Assembly: GCA_016870775.1 (NCBI GenBank)
Contig: VGAK01000009.1
Span: 11,179 to 75,178, forward strand
Length of the DNA: 64,000 nt
Reading direction: 5' to 3'
DNA from: Actinomycetota bacterium
GTDB taxonomy: Bacteria > Actinomycetota > Acidimicrobiia > Acidimicrobiales > Ilumatobacteraceae
The notes below the pieces were generated by a model. That model was not told where the DNA came from. It did not search any database and saw only the letters and a list, made by a program, of their open reading frames with translations. The translations under genes and the position numbers were made by a program. Positions 18,902-28,142 of this stretch are shown one piece after another (the first letter of the stretch is position 1; each line of letters opens with the position of its first letter).

Positions 18902-19034
18902 CCGATTGGTCCGTGGGACCGGTTCGGCTGCTCGTCTATGGTCACGCGGACACTCGCAGTTGCCGGCTCTCCTCGACACTGCGGGTCGCACCACACAGAC
19001 GACAAGAGATCGAGACGAGTGACAGGGAGACACC

Positions 19035-19904
19035 ATGTCCCGCAGGAGCACCGCACACCGGACCGGCCGAAGTCTCGCGATCCTCGTCGCCTCGATGCTC
19101 GCACTCGCCGCCTGCGGCGGCGGGGGTGAGGTGGACTACGACGACAGCGACAGTGGCCCCGCCGAGACCACGCCGATCGATCTGGTCGATCTCACGTTCC
19201 AGCCGATCACGGCGGGCAAGCTCACGGTGTGCGCCTCACCAGCGGCGAACACCGGGGATCCGTTCCGGTTCAAGGATCCAGCGGGCAAGTGGGGCGGTCT
19301 CGAGATCGACCTCGCGATCGCGATCGCAATTCGCTACGGGCTCGTGGTCGAGGTGACCGAGCGATCCGCGGACGACATCGGCGTTGCTCCGGGAGCCGGC
19401 ACGTGCGACATCGCGGCCGCGTCGCTCACGATCGATCCCGAGGCCGGTGGGGACGTCGTGTTCAGCGACAAGTACTTCGACGTGTACCAGTCGCTCCTGG
19501 TGCGCGAGGCCGATGCCGAGACCCTCACCACCCTCGAGTCGCTCGCGGGCAAGAAAGTCGGCGTGTTGAGGGGGGCCGGAGAGGAGTTCATCGCCGACAA
19601 TGCGCCCGATCTCGCCGTCGAGGCGTTCGCCGACATCGTGGCGCTCCATGCCGCGCTCGACTCGGGTCGGATCGACGCCGTTGTCGCCGAATTCTCCGCC
19701 AACGCGTTCCGTGCGAAGTCCAAGGGGGGCACCGTCGTCTCGCTCACCTTCGAGGACCGCGGCAGCACGGAGTACGCCTTCGCCCTCGCACCCGAGAGCC
19801 GAGAGCTGCTCCTCGCGGTCAACGAGAGCCTGAACGAGTTCAACTCGACCGGCGTGTACCAAGAGATCTACGACAAGTACTTCACGATCACGACCGGGGA
19901 GTGA
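19035..19904 (+). CDS. family-3 solute-binding lipoprotein (amino-acid ABC type), orphan
   Basis: ORF 19035..19904. An AGGGAGA SD precedes it. The signal peptide has the lipobox LALAAC. The family-3 SBP-like core includes FSDKYFDVYQSLLVR. No permease or ATPase gene is adjacent. Confidence 0.75.
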   Translation: MSRRSTAHRTGRSLAILVASMLALAACGGGGEVDYDDSDSGPAETTPIDLVDLTFQPITAGKLTVCASPAANTGDPFRFKDPAGKWGGLEIDLAIAIAIRYGLVVEVTERSADDIGVAPGAGTCDIAAASLTIDPEAGGDVVFSDKYFDVYQSLLVREADAETLTTLESLAGKKVGVLRGAGEEFIADNAPDLAVEAFADIVALHAALDSGRIDAVVAEFSANAFRAKSKGGTVVSLTFEDRGSTEYAFALAPESRELLLAVNESLNEFNSTGVYQEIYDKYFTITTGE

Positions 19905-19949
19905 CCGGCGCCGATCCCGGACACTCCCCGGGCCTAGGGTCGAGTCCCG

Positions 19950-20642
19950 ATGTCGGACCAACGCACCAGGGTGAGGGCGCTGCTCGCGGTAGCCCTGCAC
20001 CCGAACACACCGCCAGCCGAGGCCGAGAACGCGCTCGCCCTCGCCTCGAAGTTGATGCTCAAGCACGGCCTCTCCGACGACGACATCGCCGAGCCCGCCG
20101 GATTCGGCGACGACCACGACGTCGTCCTCGAGACCGTGACCATCACCGGTCCCTACCGCGTGCGCAGGATCGGAATCCTCTACACGATCGCGGTCGCGCA
20201 CTCGTGCAGTGCGTTCCGTGACTTCGACAGCGCCGACGGGTGCATCATGCGCATCTTCGGTCGATCCTGCGACATCTTCGCGGCGCGGACCCTCTTCGCA
20301 GCCGCCGAGGTCCTCTCGGCGAGACTCCTCCCGGTGGGTGGCCGTTCGGCGCGCACATCGTGGTTCCGCGGGTTCGAGTCGGGTCTGCAGGAGTCGCTCG
20401 GCGGTGCGCGCACCCAGTTCGTCGCCGAGACACCCGGTGCTGGACTCGTTCTCGCCGACCGCGCCGACCGCGCCGCACGCGAACGTCGCCTCTACCTCCG
20501 CACCCAGGGCATCCACATCTCGGGCGGCACCAGTTGGGTCGACACATCCTCGGGTGACTTCGGGGCCGGTGCGAGCGCGGGGCGCTCGTTCGGTGGCTCC
20601 GGCCGGTCGTTCGGCAGTGGTGTCCGGGGTGAACTCGGATGA
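19950..20642 (+). CDS. DUF2786 domain-containing protein
   Basis: ORF 19950..20642. VRALLAVALHPNTPPAEAENALALASKLMLKHGL matches the DUF2786 N-terminal helix pattern, by recollection. The C-terminal tail is Gly/Ser-rich. Confidence 0.6.
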   Translation: MSDQRTRVRALLAVALHPNTPPAEAENALALASKLMLKHGLSDDDIAEPAGFGDDHDVVLETVTITGPYRVRRIGILYTIAVAHSCSAFRDFDSADGCIMRIFGRSCDIFAARTLFAAAEVLSARLLPVGGRSARTSWFRGFESGLQESLGGARTQFVAETPGAGLVLADRADRAARERRLYLRTQGIHISGGTSWVDTSSGDFGAGASAGRSFGGSGRSFGSGVRGELG

Positions 20643-21109
20643 ATCGCGCCGGGCTCGTCGCGGCTGTTCGCGACAGGGAGCAGCACCACGCCGACTGCCC
20701 CCTCGAACAACGGCTCATCTATGCATGCGAGGACGTGTGTGATGCCGAGATGCCGAGTCGGCGACTCGATGCCGACGAGGCGCGCGCCATCGTGAACTCC
20801 ATCGCACACACCGAGGACATCGACCCACCGGTCGTGCTGGTCTCGCGGCGACTGCGTCGCACGCTCGGGGCCGCCGACATCGAGAACCGCACCCTGCACC
20901 TGGCGGGTCCCCCGGTGTCGCTCCTGGTCCTCGTGCACGAGATGGCGCACTTCACGTCGTCGTCACCCGGTCACGGACCCGATTTCCTCCACGAGATGCT
21001 CGTCCTCACGCGCACCCACATCGGTGTCCAGCACGCTGCGTTCCTCCATTTTCTCCACGGGTGCGCCGGCCTCACGGTGCCCCCGTGGCCCGCGATCGTG
21101 CGCCGCTGA
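20639..21109 (+). CDS. small HExxH metallohydrolase-like protein (SprT/TIGR04338-like)
   Basis: ORF 20639..21109. An ATGA overlap joins it to the DUF2786 gene. LVLVHEMAHF is the HExxH motif. Length is 156 aa. Confidence 0.6.
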   Translation: MNRAGLVAAVRDREQHHADCPLEQRLIYACEDVCDAEMPSRRLDADEARAIVNSIAHTEDIDPPVVLVSRRLRRTLGAADIENRTLHLAGPPVSLLVLVHEMAHFTSSSPGHGPDFLHEMLVLTRTHIGVQHAAFLHFLHGCAGLTVPPWPAIVRR

Positions 21110-21162
21110 CCAGCGTCACCACCGCGTGTGCACCACCGCGGTCATCGTGGGAGACTCGCCAC

Positions 21163-21819
21163 ATGACCGACCCACGCACCGAGGTCTTCCGCGAGATCCT
21201 CTCCACCACGCGCTCGATCAGGCGAATCGCCCCCGACGAGGTGCCCGACGACGTGCTCGACCGTGTCCTCGAGGCATCCACATGGGCGCCGAGCGGCGGC
21301 AATCGCCAACCGTGGCGCCTGATCGTGGTCCGCGATCGCGCGACGAAGCAGGCGATCTCGGACCTCTACGCCGAGGAGTGGAAGAAGTACGTCGACTTCA
21401 ACATCGCGCGACTGCCCGAGCGCACACCCGCCACCGAGCAGCGCGTGCGCGACGCGATGACGATCGGTGGCGATCTGGCATCCGGACTCGCCGATGTGCC
21501 GGTGCTCGCGGTGTTCCTGCACGACCCCTCAATGCTCTACGTCACCGACGCCGGTTGGGGTCGCCACCCCGTCGTGGGCGGTGCATCGCTCTATCCGGCG
21601 GTGCAGAACCTGCTGGTGGCCGCGCGGGCCGAGGGACTGGGCGGGGTGCTGACCACGATCGTGTGCGCACGCGAGCCCGACATGCGCGCAATCCTCGGAT
21701 TTCCCGAGTCGTGGGGCGTGCATGCGCTCGTGCCTCTCGGATGGCCGAAGGGTCGGCACGGTCCGCTGCGTCGCGCTCCGCTCACCGAGATGGTGATGCG
21801 CGAGCGCTGGCGGGACTGA
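21163..21819 (+). CDS. nitroreductase family protein
   Basis: ORF 21061..21819 trimmed to the ATG at 21163 behind a GGGAGA SD. RSIRRIAPDEVPDDVLDRVLEASTWAPSGGNRQPWRLIVV is the canonical nitroreductase block. Confidence 0.85.
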   Translation: MTDPRTEVFREILSTTRSIRRIAPDEVPDDVLDRVLEASTWAPSGGNRQPWRLIVVRDRATKQAISDLYAEEWKKYVDFNIARLPERTPATEQRVRDAMTIGGDLASGLADVPVLAVFLHDPSMLYVTDAGWGRHPVVGGASLYPAVQNLLVAARAEGLGGVLTTIVCAREPDMRAILGFPESWGVHALVPLGWPKGRHGPLRRAPLTEMVMRERWRD

Positions 21820-21835
21820 TCCGGGTCCGGCCGTC

Positions 21836-23296
21836 TCAGACGGCGCGCCACGCCACGCCGTCGGGCCACCGACCGGTGCCGCCCCGCTCGGCCAGGAACC
21901 CGGTGTGGGTGCGATCGGTGTGCTCCATCCGCCACTGCAGCATGGCGCGCGCCCGCGCGGCCACGACCGCGTCGTCGTCGGTGGTCGTGCGCCACGTCGG
22001 ATCGGTCGCCAGGTCGAAGCAGAGCCAGTCGCCGTCACCGAACTGGACATAGGCGTGGTCGCGGGTGCGGTGCACCGCCAGTGACGACCTCTCGGGTCTG
22101 CGCCTGCGCGGCCACGTGTAGCGATCGGTGCCGATCCAAGAGAACCGCCAGTCGTACTCCCAGTGCGCGGCATCGCGCCACCAGTCCGGCTCGCGCCCGC
22201 CGAGGAACTCGGTCAACGGCAGGCCATCGCACTGGGCCGGCACCGGGACGCCGAGCATCTCGCACAGCGTCGGCATGATGTCGATGTTCTCGGTGAACTC
22301 ACCGACCACGGTTCCGTGCGCGGCCGGACGATCGGGGTCGCGCACGATGCCCACGATGTGGTGGCTCTCCTCCCAGTACCCGAGCTTCTCGCGCAGGCCA
22401 TGGTCGCCCAACTGCTCGCCGTGGTCGGCGGTCACGATGATGCAGGTGTCGTCCCACATCCCGCGCGCACGGAGATGCGCCCAGATGCGGCCCAGTTGGG
22501 CGTCGACCTCGCTCACCATGCCGAAGTACTGCGCGCGCATCCGCGCGAGATCGTCGGGATCGGCCGGTGCGCTGCAGGCATCGAGCGACATCATCAGTGC
22601 GTGGAACGGATGCGGATCCGACACCGGCGCGATCGGAGCACCGACCGTGGAGGGGTCGTACATCGTCGAGTACTCCCCCGCCGCCGAATAGGGCGGGTGC
22701 GGGCGGAGGAAGCTCGCATGGGCGAACCACGGACCCTCGCGGTCGTCGATCCACCCGAGCAACCGGTCGCACAGGAACGTCGACACGCTCGAGTCGGCCG
22801 GGCGCTCGTGCTCGGTGGCGAGCAGTGCGAGGTGACCCGCCGACACGTCGTGGCCCTTCGCCGCCAACCACCCGAGCCACGGGGAGTAGTCACCGGTCAG
22901 GTCGAGCACCGCCTCGAAGCCGGGCAGGACGCCCTCGTAGGAGGACAGGCGCGGGTCCTGCGGACCGTCGGTGACACGCGGATCGATCGACTGATCGGTG
23001 TATCCGAACAGCGCCGGTGACAGTCCCGCGCGCACCGCGACCCGCGCGATGTTGTCGAATCTGTCGTCGAGCGGGGTGCCGTTGGCGACCACGCGGTGGT
23101 TCATCTGGTAGGTGCCGGTGTAGAGCGAGGCACGCCCGGGCGCGCACGGCGAAGCCTGGCTGTAATGGCGCGAGAGGCGCACGCCGTTGGCGCAGAGGTC
23201 GTCGAGGTGCGGCGTGCGCACCACCGGATGCCCGGCCACCGACAGACAGTCGCCCCTGAACTGGTCGAGGGTGATCAGCAGGTAATTGCGGGCCAC
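21836..23296 (-). CDS. sulfatase family protein (Cys-type)
   Basis: ORF 21836..23296, GTG start. LLITLDQFRGD and CAPGRASLYTG (C-x-P-x-R) are present. Confidence 0.85.
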   Translation of the reverse strand: MARNYLLITLDQFRGDCLSVAGHPVVRTPHLDDLCANGVRLSRHYSQASPCAPGRASLYTGTYQMNHRVVANGTPLDDRFDNIARVAVRAGLSPALFGYTDQSIDPRVTDGPQDPRLSSYEGVLPGFEAVLDLTGDYSPWLGWLAAKGHDVSAGHLALLATEHERPADSSVSTFLCDRLLGWIDDREGPWFAHASFLRPHPPYSAAGEYSTMYDPSTVGAPIAPVSDPHPFHALMMSLDACSAPADPDDLARMRAQYFGMVSEVDAQLGRIWAHLRARGMWDDTCIIVTADHGEQLGDHGLREKLGYWEESHHIVGIVRDPDRPAAHGTVVGEFTENIDIMPTLCEMLGVPVPAQCDGLPLTEFLGGREPDWWRDAAHWEYDWRFSWIGTDRYTWPRRRRPERSSLAVHRTRDHAYVQFGDGDWLCFDLATDPTWRTTTDDDAVVAARARAMLQWRMEHTDRTHTGFLAERGGTGRWPDGVAWRAV

Positions 23297-23302
23297 GCCG
23301 AG

Positions 23303-23312
23303 ACCATAGTGT
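23303..23312. promoter_or_regulatory. overlapping back-to-back -10 boxes (TATGGT on minus, TAGTGT on plus), both leaderless
   Basis: The divergent gap is only 22 bp (23297..23318). ACCATAGTGT contains TAGTGT (23307..23312), 6 nt before the GTG at 23319. On the other strand TATGGT (23308..23303) lies 6 nt before the GTG at 23296. Confidence 0.45.
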
Positions 23313-23318
23313 TGCCGC

Positions 23319-24998
23319 GTGCAGTCTTTGGCGGGGTACTCATTCGACCGGTTCCTGCATCACGACGAGATGACGCGATGGTTGTCGACGACCGTGGCGG
23401 CGCACCCCCACCTGGCAACTCTCGAGCAGTACGGGACCTCGCACGAGGGGCGCGCGTTGTGGCTCGTCACGATCACCGATTCGAGCACCGGTCCCGCCAC
23501 CGACAAACCCGCGCACTGGGTGGACGCCAACATCCACTCCGTCGAGGTCACCGGCGGCGTGGCGGCCTTGCACCTCGTCGCGCACCTCCTCGACGGACAC
23601 GACCGCGGGGACCAGACGGTGCGCGAGGCACTCGCGACGCGCACCTTCTATGTCGCGCCGCGCGTCAACCCCGACGGCGTCGAGGCCGCTCTCGCCGATG
23701 TGCCGCGTCAGCGCCGCTCGAGCATGCGGATGTGGCCGTGGCGGGATGGGCACCGCTGGCCGGGGCTGGAGACCTCCGACATCGACGGTGACGGACGCAT
23801 CCTGCTCATGCGCATCGAGGACCCGAACGGCTCGCACGTCGAGCACCCGCGGGAGCCACGGGTGATGATCCCCCGCGAACACAAGGACGCACCCGCGGAT
23901 GCCACCAGGTGGCGCATCGTCCCCGAGGGGATCGTGAACGACTGGGACGGATTCACCGTGCCGACCCCCCGGGCCCCGCAGGGTCTGGACATGAACCGCA
24001 ACTTCCCCGCCGGATGGGACACCTCGGTGACGGGGTCGGGTGATCACCCGATGTCGGAGCCCGAGATCGACGCGCTGGTGCGGGCGATCACCGCACGACC
24101 CAACATCTGCGGGTACCACGCGTACCACACCTCGGGCGGGTTCCTCCTGCGACCCTCCAGCACCAAGGGCGACTCCAAGCTCCCACCCGAGGATCTCTGG
24201 GTGTTCAAGCAGATCGCCGCGCGCGGCACCGAGCTGACCTCCTATCCCGCGCACTCGGTCTATGAAGACCTCACCTGGGACAAGAGCGAGACGATGAGTG
24301 GTGCGGCCGACGACTGGGCCTACGAGCACCTCGGTGTCTACAGCTGGACGACCGAGTTCTGGGACGCGATCGCGGTGGCCACCGACGGGCGCGAACGCAG
24401 CTCGACCGAGATCTGGTACGTGGGTCCCACCGTCGAACAGGAACTGGCGGTGTGCGCGTGGAGTGACATCCATGCACCCGGCTCGTATCTCCCGTGGCGT
24501 CCCCACGACCATCCCCAGCTCGGGCGCGTCGAGTTGGGTGGGCCCGACGACTTCAGGATCTGGACGAACGCACCAACCTCGGTTCTGCGCAACGAGGTCG
24601 AGCCGCACTCAGAGTGGGTGGTGCACCAGGCGATGCTGTCGCCGCGGCTCGAGATCCTCCTGCTGCGCGCCGAGCAACTGGGCACCGACACCTGGCGCGT
24701 CGAGGCCGGCATCGCCAACACCGGGTTCCTCCCCACGCAGGTGAGCCACTGGGCACGCAAGCACGACCTCGTCCTGCCGATCACCGCAGAGGTCTCCGGT
24801 GCGGAGTGCATCGGGCCGTCGCGCGTCAAGGCGGGCCAGTTGGCCGGCCGGGCGCACTTCGCCCTGAACGGACCGGGTGGCACGCCCGATCGCACGCTCG
24901 TGTCATGGGTGGTGCGCGCCGGCCCCGGCACCGAGGTGACGGTGCGCGCCGAGCACCCGCGTGCCGGCCGGCGCACGGCGAGCCTGCGACTCAACTGA
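23319..24998 (+). CDS. M14 family zinc carboxypeptidase
   Basis: ORF 23319..24998, GTG start. HWVDANIHSVEVTG is the HxxE zinc motif. The N-terminus has a peptidase-M14-like layout. Length is 559 aa. Confidence 0.8.
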   Translation: MQSLAGYSFDRFLHHDEMTRWLSTTVAAHPHLATLEQYGTSHEGRALWLVTITDSSTGPATDKPAHWVDANIHSVEVTGGVAALHLVAHLLDGHDRGDQTVREALATRTFYVAPRVNPDGVEAALADVPRQRRSSMRMWPWRDGHRWPGLETSDIDGDGRILLMRIEDPNGSHVEHPREPRVMIPREHKDAPADATRWRIVPEGIVNDWDGFTVPTPRAPQGLDMNRNFPAGWDTSVTGSGDHPMSEPEIDALVRAITARPNICGYHAYHTSGGFLLRPSSTKGDSKLPPEDLWVFKQIAARGTELTSYPAHSVYEDLTWDKSETMSGAADDWAYEHLGVYSWTTEFWDAIAVATDGRERSSTEIWYVGPTVEQELAVCAWSDIHAPGSYLPWRPHDHPQLGRVELGGPDDFRIWTNAPTSVLRNEVEPHSEWVVHQAMLSPRLEILLLRAEQLGTDTWRVEAGIANTGFLPTQVSHWARKHDLVLPITAEVSGAECIGPSRVKAGQLAGRAHFALNGPGGTPDRTLVSWVVRAGPGTEVTVRAEHPRAGRRTASLRLN

Positions 24999-25821
24999 CC
25001 CGAGTGGGGCGCACTCCCGACAGGAGGAACTCGACGGCGTCCCGCATCGCGCGATGGTCCTGCAGGCTGAAGGCGTGGCCGCCCTCGTAGACGGCGAGCG
25101 ATGCATCGGCCAGGCGGGACACGATCGCGGCGCCGTTGGTGACCGGTGCGATGCCGTCGAAGCGGCCGGCTGACACCAACACCGGTGAGGTGATCCGCCC
25201 GAGCCGGTCGGCGACGTCGTGGCCGATACGCGCGGCCAGTTGCATGCGCTCACCGCGGACCTGCTCGGGCGACTTGGGAGCCGCGGCTCTCTCGTTCTGG
25301 ACCCGCACGATCGCGGCATCATCGGGATGGTCCGCGAGCCATCCGGACGTGAACCGTGTGTCGATGAGGAGGGCCCCGCGACGGGCCCTCTCGGCTGGCT
25401 CCAACCGGGCGAGCTCGTGCAGGGGGTACGACGAACCCGCGGCACCACCACCCGAGGTGCAAAAAAGGACCATCTTTTCCACGCGGTCGGGCTGGGTCAC
25501 CGCGAACTCCTGGGCGACCATCCCGCCAAAGGAGATCCCGAACACCGCGCACGTGTGCCAGCCGACGTGGTCCAGCAGAGCGGCTGCATCGGAGGCGTAG
25601 TCGGCCATCGAGTACGGCCCCGGTGGCACCGAGGTGCGGCCGAGCCCGCGTTGATCGTGCGCAAGCACCGTGCACGACCGCGCGAGATAACCGATCATCG
25701 GTGCCGCCGACTCGAGCGTGGCACCCGAACCGTTGAGGAAGAGCACGCGCGGTCGTTCGCCGTCGGCGTCGCCGAACATCTCGTGGTGGATGAGCACTCC
25801 ATCGCGATCGAACACCGGCAT
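24991..25821 (-). CDS. alpha/beta hydrolase
   Basis: ORF 24991..25821. VFGISFGGMVA is the GxSxG nucleophile elbow. HDQRGLGRT follows the first strand. Confidence 0.85.
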   Translation of the reverse strand: MPVFDRDGVLIHHEMFGDADGERPRVLFLNGSGATLESAAPMIGYLARSCTVLAHDQRGLGRTSVPPGPYSMADYASDAAALLDHVGWHTCAVFGISFGGMVAQEFAVTQPDRVEKMVLFCTSGGGAAGSSYPLHELARLEPAERARRGALLIDTRFTSGWLADHPDDAAIVRVQNERAAAPKSPEQVRGERMQLAARIGHDVADRLGRITSPVLVSAGRFDGIAPVTNGAAIVSRLADASLAVYEGGHAFSLQDHRAMRDAVEFLLSGVRPTRVS

Positions 25822-25943
25822 GCCGGCAGTTTCCCACAGGTTCGAGGTTCGTCCTCAGGGAGTCGTCGTCGGCCGCACCCCGCGGCTGTCACAACGGCGA
25901 GCATCCACCAATTCGCCAGGATCAGGCACCAACATCTTCTGCT

Positions 25944-26555
25944 GTGCTCTCGTTGATGGACAGCGTGAAGAAGTCGTTGCGAGAGAGCACTTCCCCCCTC
26001 CCGTGGCGTCAAGTCACGATGCCTGGTCTCACCGTGCCGTGGGTGGGCATGAGCGTGCGGGAGATCGACACGGGCGGACGGCCCTGGGTGTGGGAGGTGG
26101 TCACGCCGGGGCAGTGGAGCGAGTCGTCCCGCATGCGGGACGATCCGATGGTGCTCCCGCTCACCCAGGATGCGGTGCTCGCCGAGATCACCCATGCGGA
26201 CCACAGCGGTCCCATCGTGCGCATGCAGGTCGCTGTGCGCGAGACACCGGACGCGGTCACGCTCCCGCGCGGGCTCAACCCGGAGGGACCGTGGGGCGTC
26301 AGGCTGCGCACGGGCTGGACCGTCCAGGCGATCGGCGACGCCGCGCAGTGCTGGATCGATCGTGAGAGCCCCGGGGGGGCGCGCCTCGAGACGCACGAAC
26401 CCTCGCTGGAGGGCCGCCGGGTCTACCAGATCCACCCGTCCATCGATATCGAGGAAGGCGCCTTCGACCGCCTGCTTACACTCGAACCCGATGAAACGGC
26501 GGTCGTCACCTCGATCCTCTCGATGGTCCACGAGGCGCTCGACCCCTGGCGCTGA
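25944..26555 (+). CDS. hypothetical protein (about 170-203 aa), first gene of an orphan cassette
   Basis: ORF 25944..26555. GC3-rich and host-like in composition. The start is uncertain: GTG at 25944 or ATGs at 25956, 26019 or 26049. I recognise no motif. Confidence 0.5.
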   Translation: MLSLMDSVKKSLRESTSPLPWRQVTMPGLTVPWVGMSVREIDTGGRPWVWEVVTPGQWSESSRMRDDPMVLPLTQDAVLAEITHADHSGPIVRMQVAVRETPDAVTLPRGLNPEGPWGVRLRTGWTVQAIGDAAQCWIDRESPGGARLETHEPSLEGRRVYQIHPSIDIEEGAFDRLLTLEPDETAVVTSILSMVHEALDPWR

Positions 26556-26603
26556 ACGGGTCAGATCGCGCGCCCACCAGGGCCGGAGCGCGGGGAGAAC
26601 CCG

Positions 26604-28124
26604 ATGATCACCACGTACGCGGTGTCGTTCACGACACCGGGACGCACCGAGGCGGACCGCATCGCGGTCGTCGACCTGGTGACCGACTGGCAACTGCAGC
26701 ACCACCCCTTCCTGCCCGACGAGGAGGGCCGGCCAGGTGCCTCGTTGCGCCTGCGCGAGGCCGACGGCGATCCGGTCTTTCGTCTCGCCATCACCGAGAC
26801 CGCACCGCGTGGCACGCATGTCGAGACCACGACGGCGACGGTGAGCCTCGTCGGGGGTGACCTCACCTTCGATCTTCGGATCTTCACCAGCCCGCGCACC
26901 ACCCGCATCGCTCCCTACAAGCCACCACTCCCTCCACCGCACGTGGCGCACCTGGTGGGGTCGGTCCTCGGGGCATTCCCCACTTGGGACGCCGACTACC
27001 AGGTGATCGCGGGCGTGCGCTCCGCATCGACGCAGTTGCAGGGTCAGGAGATCGCGGCCTTCCTCCAGGCACCCGGCCGCAGGTTGCCGGTGATCATCGA
27101 GATCGACGACTTCGAGCGGAACACGCAACCCCTCGTGGTGGTGCGCCCCGAACCCTTCGCCGGACTCGCCCACATCTGGCACGTGACCACGGCCGAGGCC
27201 CTGCGTGGTTTCGTGGAGATGTCGGGTCAGCGACTGGTGTCGCAGGGAACGATCGTGGTCGCCTGGGATCCGACCTCGGATGTCGACATCACGCGCCGGC
27301 GTGAGATCGCACCGCGGATGGAGACGCGCACCTGGGCACGACTCATCGAGTTGATCACCACCACCGCCGCGCGCTCGATCGCCCAGCCCCGCGTTCCTCC
27401 CCCGCCCCGCCTCGAGATCGAGCCCGACAACGGCGACACGCCGGGGGAGAGCCAGACCCACGACGGACATGGCGGGCGCGACCTTGACGAACGAGTCGAC
27501 GACTCGCAGGCCGAGCATGTCGCACAACTCGAGGCCACGATCGAGGAGCAGCAGGCAGCCCTCGCCGATGCCGACCGCATCATCGCCGACCAACGCGCCC
27601 GACTCGAGCGCAAGGACTCACAACTCGACGAGCTGGTGCTGCGCACGGTCAGTCTCGAGACACAAGCCGGCATCGTGCCCCAGTCGGTCGCGGTGGCCTC
27701 GATGAGGGAGGCGCTGCGACTCGCACAGAAGCACTGCCCGTTCCTCGTGTTCCACGAGCGCGCACTCGAGTCGGGTTCCGAACTCGAGGGCCCCGACCCC
27801 GGTCGCGTTCTCGCCGATCTGGTGCGGTTGAACGAGGTGGCGCGCGCCTGGATGTCGAGCGAGATCAGTGGTGGCTCCATCAAACTCGCGTGCCGCCAAT
27901 TGGGACTCGACTTCGCGCCCGACATCTCGACGACGGCGCGCCAGAAGTACGTCGAGGACTACGTCATCATGTGGCGTGGACGCGCGGTCGTGGCGGCCGC
28001 CCACCTTCGTCGGGGGCGCAGGAACCAGTTGGTGCGCATCCACGTGTATTTCGATGACGAGACCCACGAAGTCGTCGTCGCCTACATCGGCAGGCACCTG
28101 CGCGACAAGGCCTCCGCCTCCTGA
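26604..28124 (+). CDS. hypothetical 506-aa protein: unknown N-domain, Pro-rich linker, coiled coil, C-terminal RelE/ParE-like signature
   Basis: ORF 26604..28124 with the SD GGGGAGAA at 26592..26599. PPPP linker lies at aa 265-268. The heptad-like segment AEHVAQLEATIEEQQAALADADRIIADQRARLERKDSQLDELVL spans aa 303-346. The C-terminus reads ...HLRRGRRNQLVRIHVYFDDETHEVVVAYIGRHL. Confidence 0.65.
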   Translation: MITTYAVSFTTPGRTEADRIAVVDLVTDWQLQHHPFLPDEEGRPGASLRLREADGDPVFRLAITETAPRGTHVETTTATVSLVGGDLTFDLRIFTSPRTTRIAPYKPPLPPPHVAHLVGSVLGAFPTWDADYQVIAGVRSASTQLQGQEIAAFLQAPGRRLPVIIEIDDFERNTQPLVVVRPEPFAGLAHIWHVTTAEALRGFVEMSGQRLVSQGTIVVAWDPTSDVDITRRREIAPRMETRTWARLIELITTTAARSIAQPRVPPPPRLEIEPDNGDTPGESQTHDGHGGRDLDERVDDSQAEHVAQLEATIEEQQAALADADRIIADQRARLERKDSQLDELVLRTVSLETQAGIVPQSVAVASMREALRLAQKHCPFLVFHERALESGSELEGPDPGRVLADLVRLNEVARAWMSSEISGGSIKLACRQLGLDFAPDISTTARQKYVEDYVIMWRGRAVVAAAHLRRGRRNQLVRIHVYFDDETHEVVVAYIGRHLRDKASAS

Positions 28125-28142
28125 GCCTCGTAGTCTGACGCC

